Shown one piece after another: positions 27,926-41,622 of a stretch of 64,000 nt of DNA (position 1 is its first letter; each line of letters starts with the position of its first letter). The notes under the pieces are model-generated. The model saw only the letters and a list, made by a program, of their open reading frames with translations, did not search any database and was not told where the DNA came from. Origin of the DNA: Octopus vulgaris (lineage: Eukaryota). The stretch spans positions 78,616,001-78,680,000 of the forward strand of contig OX597824.1 of the NCBI GenBank assembly GCA_951406725.2, read 5' to 3'. The position numbers and the translations under genes were made by a program.

Positions 27926-28392
27926 TTTGGCGAGTCGCTATGTTATTTTATCGAACCCCTTTGGCGAACCACTAAGTTATTTTATCGATCACCTTTTGCG
28001 AACCGCTAAGTTATGTTATCGATCTCCTTTGGCGAACCGCTAGGTTATTTTATCGACACCTTTGACGAACCACTAAGTTATTTTATCGATCTCGATTGGC
28101 GAACCACTAAGTTATTTTGTCGATCACGTTTGGCGAACCGCTATGTTATTTTATCGTTCACCTTTGGCGAACCGCAAAGTTATTTTATCAACTTTCTTTC
28201 GCGAACTGCTAAGTTATTTTATCGATCACGTTTGGTGAACCGCTATATAATTTTATCGATCTTCTTTGGCGAACAGCTGTCTTATTTTATGGATCTTGAT
28301 TGTCGAACCGCTAAGTTATTTTATCGATATCCTTTGGCGAACCGCTAAGTTATTTTATCGACCGCGATTGGCGAACTGCTAAATTATTTTAA
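27926..28392. repeat. 34-bp minisatellite, about 14 units
   Basis: Unit consensus tttggcgaaccgctaagttattttatcgatcacc. Confidence 0.9.
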
Positions 28393-28724
28393 GATTGGAC
28401 GCCATTTGCACGATTTCAATCAAATTTTCAACATGGTAAAGTGGAAGCGGATTAGTAATTTAAGCGCGGAAATCTAATCTTTTTATAAATGGGAGAGAGA
28501 TACCACAGATTTGCTTGTGAAATATAGAGAGTAAGAGAAAGCGAGGGAGAGTCCGGGAGAAAGGAAGAGTAAGTGAGTGGGAAAGTGAGACAGAAAGGAG
28601 AGAGAAACAAAGATGGAGAATGTGGCGATAAGAAACAGAATGGAAGCAACAGAAAGTAACAACCACACCCTCACCCGCGCGTAGAGCGGGTCACCTTGCG
28701 CTACTTTGTCTATATTAGTTAGCT

Positions 28725-29480
28725 ATCTCGGTACCATGAGGCACGTAAGGTTGCAATTCGATCTTTCCAATCGACTTCGTCTTCTTTTCTACTCTAGGCT
28801 CAAGGCCTGAAATTTGGGGGAGGGTGCCAGTCGATTAGATTAACCCCAGTACACATTTGGTACTGAATTTATCGACCTCGAAAGCATGAAAGACAAAGTC
28901 GACTTAGGCGGAATTTAAACTTAGAACGCAATTGGCTCCGTCTTCTACCGCAGTTCTGTTCTCATAGTAGCATCTCCACCCTTCAATGATCCTTCGTCTT
29001 GTGGTTTTAGAGCGCCCTTCTGCTCTTTTTTTTTTCTTTTTCTCAGGCTGCTACATCAGTGCCAATATATATTTCTTTACTGCCCACAAGGAGCTAAACA
29101 TAGAGGGGACAAACAAGGACAGACGAAGGGATTGAGTCGATTATATCGCCCCCAGTGCGAAACTGGTACCTTATTTATCGAACCCGAAAGGATGGAAGGC
29201 AAAGTTGACCTCGGCGGAATTTGAACTCAGAACGTAACGACAGACGAAATACCGCTAAGCATTTCGCCCGGCGCGCTAACGTGTCTGCCAGCTCGCCGCC
29301 TTATATATATAATCGCTTTCTCGATCTTGTCTGAGGACTTGTCCGATCCAGTTCCAGCGTCAACGTCTTATTTCGTCAGTGACCCTTTTGATACACGTTG
29401 CCCTCTCAATTGTGTCATCGTGTCATTTCGATCTTTACAGCCATTTTGATGTCTATATTGCGTCTATGTAATCCATCACT
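28725..29480 (-). pseudogene. RTE-type LINE ORF 3' remnant interrupted by two SINE B copies (~28785-28930, 29070-29302)
   Basis: Minus strand DEIRR*RWNWIGQVLRQD...RAEGRSKTTRRRIIE resembles the RTE RWxGHVxR...RGRPKTTW motif. Confidence 0.65.
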
Positions 29481-31409
29481 TTGCCAACCACTGTAGTAAT
29501 AAAGAAATATGTATATAAAACAAAACTGTCACTTCAATTTGGATTTTTTTTTCAGATAAACATCATAAATTTGATTATGAGAATAGATGAGAGGGTCATA
29601 ATTGGAGCGCCCGTGATTATAATTCTACACGTTATGCAACAAAACATAGAATTACGCATATGCAAAGAATAATGTGCATTTTAGTTTTGAAAGATATTCA
29701 GAAAAATAATATAGATTTATATTTGAAAAAAGGCGAGATGGTCTTGGTTAGAGTGCCTTTGATTACAACTCTATGTGATAGATGTCAAAACAATATAGAT
29801 TTATGCATACAAAAAAAAAATAATGCGCATTTTAGTTTGAAGGATATTCAGAAAGACGAAGTAAATTTAATTATGTCTGAAAAAAAAACGTATTAAGACA
29901 AAGTGTCCGGAGCTGAAACGCCTTTGGCCAAAGATGGACTTGATCAAAAATGAACTGAAAATAATCAACAAGGAAATTGAAGTAATTTTATAAAAATTAT
30001 TCATATGAAAATGAGAATTTCATCCTGAAGGACACTTGACAAAGAGAAAAAAGTCATAAATTTGATTACAAGAGATGATGTTTTGATGGCTTTGTTTTAA
30101 CCATCACTGTTAAATGCCGCCATCATAAAAAAAATAATAAAAACATGTATCAATTGAATTCTCGAATTTTCTTATTTTGTTGGATTTTTTTAAAGTAATT
30201 TCTTGCGTTTTTTAAAATTTCCTTCGTTTCTTTGAATTTATGTTCATTCATGGACAGCAGCCTTTTTGTTTATTTTTTAATTTTTTTTCTTTTCCTTTTA
30301 TTGTATTTTGTCTTTGAATAATTTTACTCAAATTAAATTATATTTTAACAAAACCATTAAATTTTATAATTACATTATAACATTTTTAACACACTTATTC
30401 AATTAATGATTTTCTGTTTATATTAACCAGTTGAATGAATGAAAACCGGACACTTCATTTTGGGGCTTTTTGTGTGTATTTGTTGATTTCTTAAAAGTTC
30501 TTTAAGACAGAATTTTTATTTTTATTTTTCGTTTTCCTTTCATGTGTGTGTGTGCTTGCGTGCGTGTGTATGTGTGTTTATGTATGTGTGTGTGTGTTTT
30601 ATCGAAGGTATTGATATTGTGGAAATCTCCCATCTTTCATCTTTTATTGTATCAGTTAGTGGGTTGCGGCCATGCTGGAGCAAATAAAACCGACTATTTA
30701 ATTTTGTTAAAGGGTGATTCTTATTCGATTCTTATTCGATTGATCGCTGTTGTCAAACAACTATGCTATGGGAACGCAAACAAACCCATACCTGTTGTCA
30801 AGCGTTGAGGGGGCGCACAAACACACACATATACATATACTCTTTTACTCTTTGACTTGTTTCAGTCATTTGACTGTGGCCATGCTGGAGCACCGCCTTT
30901 AATCGAGCAACTCGACCCACTCTCTTTGCCAAACCGCTAAGTAACGGGGACATAAACACACCAGTATCGGTTGCCAAGATACACGAAACCACGAGATGCC
31001 GTCTCTGCTCCGAAGAATCCCTGTCTATTCTGTAGACTAACGGGAAGATCATTAATAGAATTTCTGAATGACTCGAGATGCCTACACGCATATAAATGTA
31101 CTTTCACACAATGCAGTGAGAATGAATTTTGAATAACCGTTAAAATAATTTAATTTACTTTAAGGTATGGATGACTTAAATTTACTTTTAACCTCCCCAT
31201 TCTTACAAACACCAAATAGATAGTTAACTTGCTTTGTGATCATGAGTGCACCAAATCTCACGTGTGCGTATGCTCACATTTTCGCGGATGCTTGTATGAG
31301 CGAGTGTACTCGCGCCACGCAGCTTGTCCAAGGGCGTTTATACATCCGTATTTGTTATTTTTAATACTTTTCTCGCTGCATTCCGTGTTCGTTTCTCTTA
31401 ATTTTCCCT

Positions 31410-31694
31410 TTTTTTTTTTTTTTTCCTAGTTTCAGCTCATGAGCTGTGGCCATGCTGGGGCACCGCCATTTGGTGTTGCTACATGGTTTTACTTCACGAA
31501 TGCTTTTTGGCAACTGCCATTTGGTGCATGAGAGAGTTCGATGCAGCTGCCCTCATCTGCACCTCCTGCCGTGAAGTTGATTCATCTGGGATACCTGACA
31601 GGAAGAGATCCAGTTTCATTTTAAAGACATCTGCATCCACCCCATGCAGGTCTCTTAGATTCTTCGGGAGGATATTGAAGAGCTGTGGGCCTCT
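31410..31694 (-). mobile_element. CR1-type LINE 3' end (ORF2 C-terminus, 3' UTR, poly-A)
   Basis: RGPQLFNILPKNLRDL...FKMKLDLFLSGIPDE...AASNSLMHQ...* (31694-31494), then ggcggtgccccagcatggccacagctcatgagctgaaac and an A-run. Confidence 0.8.
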
Positions 31695-32535
31695 ATCTGT
31701 GATTTTATTTTTGATCTTCTACATAAATGAAGATATTTCCTCCGTGTGGCTGTTTTTCTTTCTACAAAACGAAAAAATATATCTGAAAATATATAATCAT
31801 GCAAACCTTTTTCTTGTTTCAATTAATTTTATATATACTTTTCTAATTAATATTTTTCATTTCTAATTTTTTACTTTATTTTTATTTTTTCACTACACTC
31901 TTTATTTCTCTTTCACTCTCGCCCTTTAAGTTCCTCTCCTATTTTCGAATGAAGGTCCAATACCCGAAAATTTAATCACCTCTTTTCAAATTCTCAGGCA
32001 TTAAATAAACACCATGTTGTTCGTCACAATTTACTAGCACTGTTTGTCTTTTTCGTCCTAAAACATGTATGGAGGCTATACATACAAATATATCGTATAG
32101 ATAGATATATACATCCATACATGCATGTATACATACACACATACATACATACAAACATATCGCATGGATAGATACATACATAGATACATGCATACACACA
32201 TACATACATACATAATACACATATACATAAATGCATATATACATACATGCATACATATTCTTACATGAATGTGTGTGTGTACATATAAATATATATTCTT
32301 ATAGCAGCGTACATATAGGTGTATGTGTGTATATGTATGTATATCTACGCATAACCATATTATATATACTTATGTATGTGTATGTGCACGGTTCGTATAT
32401 GTGTCTGCATGTAATTCTAGGTGATGTGTCACTCGTTCTCATACTTATACATACATATACAAATACATATATATATAGATAGGTAGATAGATAGATATGC
32501 ATTATGTATGCTTATTGCTTATCTGTGTGAATATA

Positions 32536-32589
<54 letters not shown>

Positions 32590-33445
32590 ATATACATACA
32601 TACATCAAAGTTGCAATATATCAGAGGTGGACACATACGTTCTGTGAACAATTCAATTAGTACACGGTTCGTAAATTTCATTAATTTGCCATCAACAACG
32701 CCAACGACCACAACAGCAGCAACTACAACAATAACAACAACACCAATGACGACGACGACGGCGGCGGCGGCGGCAGCGGCGGCGGTAGCAACAATAGCCA
32801 GAAACATAAGAGCAATAAACGGCATGCAAAAATAAACAAGAAATCGAAAATAAAACATGAAAAAAAAATATTTTGGTCAAAATATAAAATTCAAAATATA
32901 AAATTACTCCTACCAAATTTTCGTGTTCTCTCTCTCCCTCCCTCATTCACTCTCTCTCTCTCTCTCTCTTTCTTTCCTTCATTTTCTCTTTCTCTCTCTC
33001 TCTCTCGGTAATTAAATAATAGAATAAATTCGAAGGTTGGTCAAACTTCTGCATCAATTTATATTCTTCACATTCTTTATGTTATATCAATTCAAACTCA
33101 TAAATCCACACATACATACATAAATACACTTATATACATATATATGTACATGTGTTCGTGTATATGTGTGTGTGTATGTATGTGTGTATGTATGTATATA
33201 TATAAATATACATGCACATTTACATATTCAAATTTACACACATGTATATACTTATACATACGTGTTATATTTATATGGACGCTTATATAAATGTCGAACG
33301 GACAGCTCTTACACACCCACAAGCATGCCTATATACACATGTAATCACACACTTCCATGTATGTATACGTGTGTACATAAGCTTGTGTGTATATGTCTCT
33401 GTGTCTGAATATGAAGTATCTATATTTTTATAACAATATTATAAC

Positions 33446-33522
<77 letters not shown>

Positions 33523-33619
33523 CAATGACGATGATGATAATGATTTCAAATTTTTATGTGTTTATGTGATTCAGTATGTTTCTCGTGCACAATCGCATAT
33601 TTAGACAAACTTACATAAA

Positions 33620-33650
<31 letters not shown>

Positions 33651-34034
33651 TGTATGTATGTATGTATGTATGTATGTATGTATGTATGTATGTATGTATG
33701 TATGTATAAAATGTAGATACCCAGATTTATGCTTTGTAGAAATGTGCAACATTTTCTTTTCCTTCTAATTTTATTTATATTTCGTTGTTTTTTTGTTTTT
33801 TTTTTTTTGCTTTTTCTTTTAATTTTATTGTTCACTTTGTATTTCAAAATATAATTACAATTTTCTCGAGGCGAAAATTTTCCTTTCCTCTTTCAGTCAA
33901 AAGAAGCTTCAAATAACAATAATAATAGTAATAATAATGATGAAGATGATGATGATGATGATGATGATGATGACGACGACGACGACAACAACAACAACAA
34001 CAGCAACAACAACAACAATAACAACAACAATAAC

Positions 34035-34099
<65 letters not shown>

Positions 34100-34100
<1 letters not shown>

Positions 34101-34311
34101 CCTTTCTATAGGAGCTACAAGGCCTCAAATTTGTGGCGTGGGGGCAAGTCGATTATATCAACCACACTGTTTCACTAGTAATTAATTTACCGACCCCGAA
34201 AGGCTGAAAGGCTAAGTCGACGGAATTTGAACTCAGAATGTATCGACGAGCGAAATATCGCTAAGCATTTCGTCCATCGCGCTAATGATTTTGCCAGCTC
34301 TCCGCCTGAAT

Positions 34312-34376
<65 letters not shown>

Positions 34377-34828
34377 CAATGACGATGACGATGATGATGA
34401 TGATGATTTCAAATTGTGTAACAATGCCAGCACCTTCGGGTTTAAGTCAATTATCAGTGTCCAGCTGGTAGTTATTTAATCGACCCCGAAAGGATGAAAG
34501 GCAAGGTCAACATCTGGCGGTATTCTGAACACTGAACCTTGAGTCACTGGACATATAGCATTTTGTCTGGCGCGGTAACCGTTCTGCCAGCTCACTGCCG
34601 TAATAATAATAAGAATCCTTTCTACTATAGGCACAAGACATGAAATAATGAAGCAGGAATTAAGTCGGTTACATCGACCCCAGTACTTGACTGATACTTA
34701 ATTTATCGACCCCGAAAGTATGGAAGTCAAAGTCGACCTCCGCAGAATTTGAATTCAGAACGTACCGACGGGTGAAATACCGCTAAGTATTTCGTCCAGC
34801 GTGCTAACGATTCTGCCAGCTCGACGCC

Positions 34829-34890
<62 letters not shown>

Positions 34891-35055
34891 CCTTTCTACT
34901 GGAAGCACAAGGCCTCAATTTTGGGGAAAGGATTAAGTCGACCCCAGTGCGTAACTGGTACTTATTTAATCGACCCCCGAAATGATGAAAGGCAAAGTCG
35001 GCCCCGGCGGAATTTGAACTCAGAACGTAGCGGCAGACAAAATACTGCTAAGCAT
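34100..35055 (-). mobile_element. cluster of four diverged SINE B copies separated by (AAT)n
   Basis: Meta core (cgaccccgaaagg) recurs at ~34190, 34480, 34705 and 34970. Confidence 0.8.
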
Positions 35056-35118
35056 ACTAATACTACTACTAATACTACTAATAATACTACTACTAATACT
35101 AATACTACGACTACTACG

Positions 35119-35206
<88 letters not shown>

Positions 35207-36828
35207 GCGCAAAAGCTACCTTTATCAAAGGAAAAATGACAGAAACATCTAACGTTAACCTTGACCAGCAGAATGTCATAAAGAATTAGACCCAGCGGAG
35301 AACTACAAGTATCTAGGGGTAATTGAAGGAGACGGAATAAGGCATTCAGAGATGAAGGAAAGGATCAGGAGAGAATGTTATCGCAGAGTAAGAGCAATAC
35401 TCAAGACAGAGCTGAATGCGAGAAACAGGATCGAAGCGATCAATGCATTAGCCATACCAGTCGTGACTTACAGTTTCAATATCGTTAACTGGTCAATTAC
35501 TGAAATATGTAATCTTGACAGAAAAATACGAAAACTGTTGACAATGCATAGAATTCACCACCCTAAGGCAGATACAGAACGACTTTATCTGCCAAGAAAA
35601 TAGGGAGGCCGTGGACTTTTGCAACTGGCAATAACAATGAAGATTGCTACAATTGGCCTAAACACCTACCTGAACAACTCTGAGGACTGGATGTTAAAAC
35701 TTGTCTCAAAACATGAAAACAAGAAAGCATCATACTCAGTAACAAAACAGGCAAAAGAATATCTAAGTGAATTCCGAATACAACAAATTTCGGAATTAGA
35801 GATAGACATACAAGAAACAGGCACAGAAAATGCTAAGCGCATGAAAACCCGTGCTAAATCTGCGGCCTTAGATATTCTGAATGATAAATGGCAAGAAAAA
35901 CTTCTCTATGGCAAATACCCAAAGAGAGCGAATAATGCAGATGTTGACAAAGCCCTGACCCATCAATGGCTAATGGTCTCTGGCTTAAAATCTGAAACAG
36001 AGGGGTTTATCATAGCAGCTCAAGATCAATGCCTACCAACAAGAAACTACTAGGCCAACATATTAAAGATCGGCAGTAGCCCAACATGTCGTGTATGTCA
36101 GCAACAAAATGAAACCATTGATCATGTGGTCTCCAAGTGCAGTCTTCTAGCGCCTACAGAGTATCTCAACAGGCATGATAGAGCTGCACAATATATTCAC
36201 TGGGTAATCTGCAAAAACTTGGATTTGCCCCATGAAAAAAACTGGTGGGAACACAAACCACCCCCAGTGCTTGAAAATGACCACATCTCACTCCTCTGGA
36301 ACTTCACCATTCAAACTGACAGAAAGATAGATGCAAACAGGCCAGACATCATATTGAAAGACTTCAAACAAAGAACATGCCTCCTCATTGATATGACTGT
36401 CCCAATCGATATAAACGTATCTGTCAAGACCTACCAAAAACTGAGCAAATATAAAGATCTTGAAATAGAAATCAGCAAAATGTGGAACCTGAAGACTAAA
36501 ACAATACCTGTTGTCATAGGTGCCCTGGGAATGATAGCGAAAGGGGCTGATTGCTACCTAACTCAGATACCAGGAAACCCCAAAATGGCAGAAATTCAAA
36601 AGATAGTACTCATGGGAACTGCTCATATCCTACGCAAAATACTTTCTATGTAATCTCATGGTTTAAAACAAACATTTTTTTTTTAGACATCCACTTGTAC
36701 AACACAAAAACAACCAAATATATGGCACACTAGGCATAACAACAACGTGAACTTCCAGCCTGTTGTCTCTTGAGGTCTCTGGGTGAGACTTGGAGCCAAC
36801 TTGTACAAATATAAAGCAAAAGTCAAAC

Positions 36829-36830
<2 letters not shown>
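35207..36830 (+). mobile_element. 5'-truncated R4/Dong-clade non-LTR retrotransposon in (AAT)n (pseudogenised ORF)
   Basis: One frame to the stop at 36653 with TAG stops at 35601 and 36051: YKYLGV RT end, CRVC...ETIDHVVSKC knuckle, RHD, RPDII...D..VP...KLSKY RLE nuclease; (aat)n on both sides as known for Dong. Confidence 0.92.
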
Positions 36831-36916
<86 letters not shown>

Positions 36917-36917
36917 C

Positions 36918-37432
36918 GCCCTGATGCAGTACCAGGCAGTGGCTCGCATGGCTTCTGGTCTTAAATGATTGGAAGTGTTATCGTGTACATTGTTTTGTCT
37001 TGGTATAAAAGATGAGCTACAGCAAATATTCTGCTCACTACCACAGATTTGCTTGTCAGTTGCCTGACCTTAACCAGTTGAGCATGTCTCTTAGTGGCTG
37101 ACGATATGTGCATCTCTGATCACGAGCAGAAGTAGTGGGAGCAGGCATTATAGCTATATGTTGAGTGGAATTCTTTGGGGTTTTGATAATTTTCCTTTGG
37201 AAACATGGGTGTTTTGTTCAACATCCTTAAAAAACCCTTTTGAGCGGGATGGGCTATTCGACTTGAAGAAAATTCTAACTGGGCTCTACCTGCAAGGTCA
37301 TGCGCTGTTTGCCTTGATATGAGATCACTATGTCGCACATATATGGTTGTGATGCATGTGCCTGGTGTACCCTTATCAAACGGGTAGTCATGATGGGAAT
37401 ACTGGGCTTCGTATATTTTACACTTTGATGGC
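36918..37432 (+). mobile_element. family D repeat directly after the Dong (AAT)n tail
   Basis: gccctgatgcagtaccaggcagtggc start; homologous to the other copies. Confidence 0.85.
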
Positions 37433-37579
37433 AAAGTCGCCCCAAAATGAAAGTCAACTGCATGGAATGATTCGTGCGTCCCATGCAAAACTCCCGATTA
37501 GCCTAACAAACTAACGGCAAGTACCTTCCAGTTCTTAATTCCAACTTGTAGCTGCATAGTTAGACCAAGCTGATTTCAC

Positions 37580-38160
37580 CACACCGATTTTTCCAATCTC
37601 ACCAACCGTTCATAAAATTTGCTGGGAAGTAGTTCCACCCTTTATACCTTGATCTTCTTTTGAAAGTGGTACTTGAAGGAGTCGATGACAGCCTAGACTA
37701 TGCAGAGAAGTTCTATCCTCAAAACTTTTAAACCATACCGTCCCACAACTTCCCTCGTCAAAGCAACTGGACAGAGGAAGACGACATACTCATCCTTGCT
37801 AAAAGAAGACAATAGATCTATCTTCAAGATAGAGTAGATTGATAACAGGGATTAGTTCTGAACATGAAAAAAATTGCTTGATATATATCCCCAAATGTGG
37901 AATGCGCTGGAACTAATCGAGGACTGTTTCGTCGCCGTCTGTGCATTTCGGACAGGTTTTGTTTGTCGGGTCTAACACGACGTTGCTTGTAGAGTTAATT
38001 CCGGATGAGCAATATGCTCTAGTACCTATGAGAAGTGAAGAACTTATGAAAATTGTTCACAATGCCGGACTTGAAAAATCTTCTAGAAAAGAACTCTCAG
38101 ACTAACAACGTCCACACCATCCACTGTTCCCTGGAGATCGTCACCCATGCCTTCCACTAA
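37580..38160 (-). pseudogene. Tx1/L1-like LINE ORF2 C-terminal remnant
   Basis: Minus strand ...NNFHKF...CPKCTDGDETVL (knuckle)...SFKYHFQKKIKV...FYERLV with stops and frameshifts. Confidence 0.55.
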
Positions 38161-38452
38161 CCAGTCATAAAAATACGAGACTAATGCAACTTATCAATTA
38201 TTCAAAATAATATATTGTTACGCTCAAATGATTCTATGTGACAAGACCTATCAGGGAAACGTATTGAGGACAAATTCAAACAGAAATGGGTTTTTTTTTC
38301 CTTTCATTTTTTTTTTCTTCTTTAAATAAGAGCCAGACTGATTGACAAGATATTCGCATGTTGCACTGGTCGTCTAAAGTTCGTCGAATTGTATCAGTCA
38401 GGTTTGTGTGTCTTAGAAATTATCATCATCATCATCATCATCATCACCATTA

Positions 38453-38557
<105 letters not shown>

Positions 38558-38764
38558 CTTCCATCAAAACTATTAAATCTTGCTTGATATGTTTGTGAAT
38601 ACATTTTAGCTAACGAAAAATTGGCAGATAATATTTTTTGTTTTTTTTTGTTTTGCTGTTGTTTTGTGTTGATGTTTTTGTTGTTTTGTGTTGTTGTTTT
38701 TGTTGTTTTGCGTTGATGTTTTTTTTGTTTTTTTAGACAGTCATGTCGTTCATCGGATTTCCTC

Positions 38765-39430
38765 CCTTGAGGGCGCTTTTCTTTCTCCAATCTTTCTCCC
38801 TCTCTCTTCCACCCTCTTATTCTCTCTCCTTCACTCTCTCCCCCTCCCTCTTATTCTCTATCTCATTCACTCTCTCTCATTCACACATACTTTCTCTCTC
38901 TCTTCCACGCTGTCTCATAACTTCTCCCTATCTCTTTCACTCAAGCACATACTTTCTCTGTCTCTCTCTCCTTCTCTCTCCTTCTCTCTCTCCTTCTCTC
39001 TCTCCTTCTCTCTCTCCTTCTCTCTCCCTCTCTCTCACTCTCTCTCTTTCTCCTGCTCCCTCTCTTTCTCTCTCTCCTTCTCTCTCTCTGTCACTCTCTC
39101 TCTCCTTCTCTCTCTTTCTCCCTCTGTCCCTCTCTCTCTCCTTCTCCCTCTCACTCTCTCTCCTCTCTCGCCCTTTTTCTCCCCTCTCTCTCTCCCTCTC
39201 TTTCCCCTCTCTCTCTCCATCACTCTCCCCTTCTCTCTTTTTCTCCCTCTCTCCCTCTCTCCTCTTCTCTTTCTCATTCTTTCTCCCTCTCTCCTTTTCT
39301 CTCTCTTTCTCCCTCTCTCCCCTTCTCTCTCTCACTCTTTCAGCTTCTCTCTCCCCTTGCTCATCCCTCTCTTTCTCTGTCACTCTCTCTCCTTCTTTCT
39401 CTCTATCTTTCTCCTTCTCTCTCTCCCATA
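38765..39430. repeat. ~660-bp degenerate (CT)n polypyrimidine tract
   Basis: Almost only C/T on the plus strand. Confidence 0.95.
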
Positions 39431-39683
39431 TCAAAGTTATCATGCTATTTTACATCTGATAACGACAACTTCATTTATCCTTTCTACTTTCGCTTTTCTT
39501 TTCCTTTCTATCTTTTACCATTTCTTGCATTCCTTTCATTTGTCATTTTCATTATGTATATATTATCTATTTGCCGAATTATTATTCCTATTATTATTGT
39601 TGTTGTTGCTGTTCCCGTTGCTGCTGCAGTTGCTGATGTTGTTAGTAGTGTCTTCTGAAGGCGTTTTTTGGTAGTGCTATTAC

Positions 39684-39804
<121 letters not shown>

Positions 39805-39916
39805 ATTATTATTATCATCATTATTATTATTATTATTAATATTATTATTACTATTACTATTATTATTATTATTATTATTGTTATTATTATTATTATTATT
39901 ATTATTAATATTATTA

Positions 39917-39962
<46 letters not shown>

Positions 39963-40621
39963 CATTATTATTATTATTATCATCATCATCATCATCATCA
40001 TCATTATTATTATTATTTTATTATTATTATTATTATTGTTGTTGTTATTTGTTGTTGTTGTTGTTGTTGTTGTTGATGTTGATGTCCTTGTAGTCGTCGT
40101 CGTGGTCGTTCTTGTTGCTTCTGTTGTTTCGATGTATTTCCTCGTTCTGATATCTGAAACAGCGAGATAAGAAAATTACTTTGCATGCGTGTTTCTCTTA
40201 GACATAAAAGGATGAATTTTATTCTCGACAACGAAAGCAGCTCCAAAACCACACACGCACGAACACATACTGCATAGACATACACACAAAGGACACACAC
40301 ACACACAGACAAGCGCACATATACCCTCACAAACACGTACGTGTGTGTGTGTATATATATATGTATATATATATATATATATATAATTACGTTGGATTAT
40401 ATACGCATATTTACAAAACGTGTATATCTTTCTTTTGATATACACACACATGTATGTGCGTAGATAAATGCATATATACATACATATATATATATATATA
40501 TATACATACATACATACATACATACATACATACATCATACATACATACATACATACATGCATGCATGCATACATACATACATGCATGTATGCATACATAC
40601 ATACATACATACATACATACA

Positions 40622-40657
<36 letters not shown>

Positions 40658-40750
40658 TACGTGTGTGTGCATGAGTGTGTAACTGTGCGACTGTGAGTAT
40701 GTATGTATATATGTGCGTGTATGTATGTGTGTGTATGTATGTATGTATTA

Positions 40751-40783
<33 letters not shown>

Positions 40784-41230
40784 ATGTATGTATGTATGTA
40801 TGTATGTTTGTGCATGCACGCATGTATTATGTATGTCCATGATACATATAAAATGCATAAAAGGAAAACACCTACGGTTCTGTTGCTTATAAATGAAGAA
40901 GTGGGAAGAAACCTTTCTTTTTGTGTGTGTATGTGTGTGTGTTTAGGTGGGTGTAAATTAAAATAAGTACAAAAACGAAAGTGAATGTAAATGAAATACA
41001 AAATGATGAATACACAAAATAAAACGAAACGAAACGAAACGAAACTTTAATAACTATATAAATAGCTGAATGAAAAATGTTTAAAAAATATGTAACAAGT
41101 AGCAAGAATGATTCAAATCATACTGATTAGTTATGTAAGGTCAATGTCTCACTGGCAACCACGTATTTCACAATCGACAGAGGGTTTATTATCATTAGCA
41201 GAACTAGTCTACTTCGTGGAGTATGTTTAT

Positions 41231-41438
<208 letters not shown>

Positions 41439-41560
41439 GAAATTTACTGAAAAACAAAAGACGAAGACAGGTGTGTATATATATATATACTGAAACATGT
41501 TATAATGTGTATATATAAAAATTAAAAATTGTATAATACAGCAGCATTTTCGAACTTCAT

Positions 41561-41622
<62 letters not shown>

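Noticed and set aside
27926-28392. CRISPR-like array
   Set aside because: Contiguous 34-bp units without unique spacers, SINE-derived, eukaryotic context, no cas genes
31940-31980. Possible hammerhead remnant gaatgaagg...cccgaaa
   Set aside because: No convincing helix I or UH site
38688-39674. 328-aa Ser/Leu ORF and Arg/Glu antisense ORF
   Set aside because: Arise from the CT tract, which lacks stop codons
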